Assembly: GCA_028534125.1 (NCBI GenBank)
Contig: CM052817.1
Location: forward strand, 20,462,001 to 20,526,000
Direction: 5' to 3'
Origin: Lama glama
Lineage: Eukaryota
DNA: 64,000 nucleotides
The position numbers were made by a program, and so were the translations under genes. This document shows positions 62,890 through 64,000 of this stretch, piece after piece. The notes beneath the pieces are model-generated. The model saw nothing but the letters and a program-made list of their open reading frames with translations, made no database searches and was not told the DNA's origin. Numbering within the stretch: the first letter of the stretch is position 1; each line of letters opens with the position of its first letter.

Positions 62890-64000
62890 GTAATACATGC
62901 CATCTCTAGTTATTCACAATCTGCCATCATAAGCAGTTGTCATTAAAAAAAAAAAAAACTGAAGTTAAACATTAAAAAAAAGGCTTCCCATGACTGTCTT
63001 GTTTCCTCCAGAATATGAGTTGACTTAATTGCATGGTTTATTATTAATTTTATTTCTTAATACAAAAAATGTGTATAATGAGATCCAAGGGGCAGGAGCA
63101 CTGGTGATGCAAAAACTTAATAAGCTGTAATGAGCTTCACAAATCATGGGTACTCAGAGTGTTACCATTTTAGCACTTCTAAACTGAATGTTAAGATATC
63201 AGTGAAGCAATGTGTACAAAATATCAATGTATATAAAGTTGTGTGAAAAAGAATCAGAAACTTGAAAAAGGTCATAAGATTAAAAAAAAGAAAGAATAAA
63301 AGTATTTTATTTTAGATATGGTTCCCCATGTATCTTCTAAATATGAAATGTAAACAGGCTTGGGAAGCCCAGTAGAAGTAGTACTGCTCCTAAAATATGA
63401 TGTAATTGCCTTATGGACTTGTTTTTTCCCTCATACTTAAAAATGTCTCTTTTCTATAAGCTTAAGAATGCAACCATTTTTCTCAAGGAGGTGGTGATTT
63501 AAATAAGTTGCTCTTGTGGCATTTAATATTGAAATGATATATGGCAAATATTGGGTAATATTAGTTATACTTTCAAATTATGGCTGAAAATTAACCTCCA
63601 GTCAGTTTCTGACTACCTGCCCCACTGCACAAGGATCACATTTGAGTCCTCACGTAAGGGTCAAGTTGTGAGTATCTTCATTTCCCTAAAGAGTCATGAA
63701 ATGCCAGCATGCTTACTTATTATTTATTTGGCGAATTTATTTTCCTCCTTTCTTCTGAACGTCTCAAGTTTTTATACAAAGAATTCATCCTCCTAGAAAG
63801 TGTCTTCAATGCACAAGTGTAAAACAAAGAAGAAATAAGAAAGAAAGTAGCAGATAAGAGGCAGTATCTACAAATATGGTAACTCCAATTAGGCAACAAT
63901 TAGGATTTATTAACTCTCTCTAGTGTAGATGAGATTATTCTTGAAAATCAAGACATTCATTATCATTTTTTTATGTTAGCCTGGTGGGACGGATTCATTT

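Noticed and set aside
1..64000. CRISPR arrays, operons, viral or mitochondrial inserts, snRNA/snoRNA/miRNA genes, CpG-island promoter
   Set aside because: None recognisable by eye. An Rfam/Infernal and BLAST scan would be needed to exclude small or diverged RNA genes formally.

Overview
AT-rich mammalian non-coding DNA, very probably from a camelid, because it carries three copies of a ~110-125 bp tRNA-derived SINE that resembles the camelid vic-1 family. No complete protein-coding gene, RNA gene, CpG island or CRISPR array is recognisable. The ORF track consists of chance ORFs, simple-repeat and N-gap artefacts, and one L1 ORF2 remnant. The window looks like part of a large intron or an intergenic region. 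It holds ancient repeats (L2, MIR, MaLR LTRs, hAT MER elements), younger 5'-truncated L1s, microsatellites and a 500-N assembly gap. The most interesting items are: (1) a ~320 bp element joining an L1 5' terminus directly to an L1 3' terminus inside one target-site duplication (4562-4880); (2) a possible SINE-L1 template-switch chimera (37196-37585); (3) two frame-preserving plus-strand microexon candidates (13580-13606 and 62866-62889) whose host gene I cannot name; and (4) several repeat-poor blocks with transcription-factor motifs. Repeat names come from visual recall of consensus sequences, not a search, and boundaries of old repeats are approximate. I see no firm evidence of a wholly new biological system.
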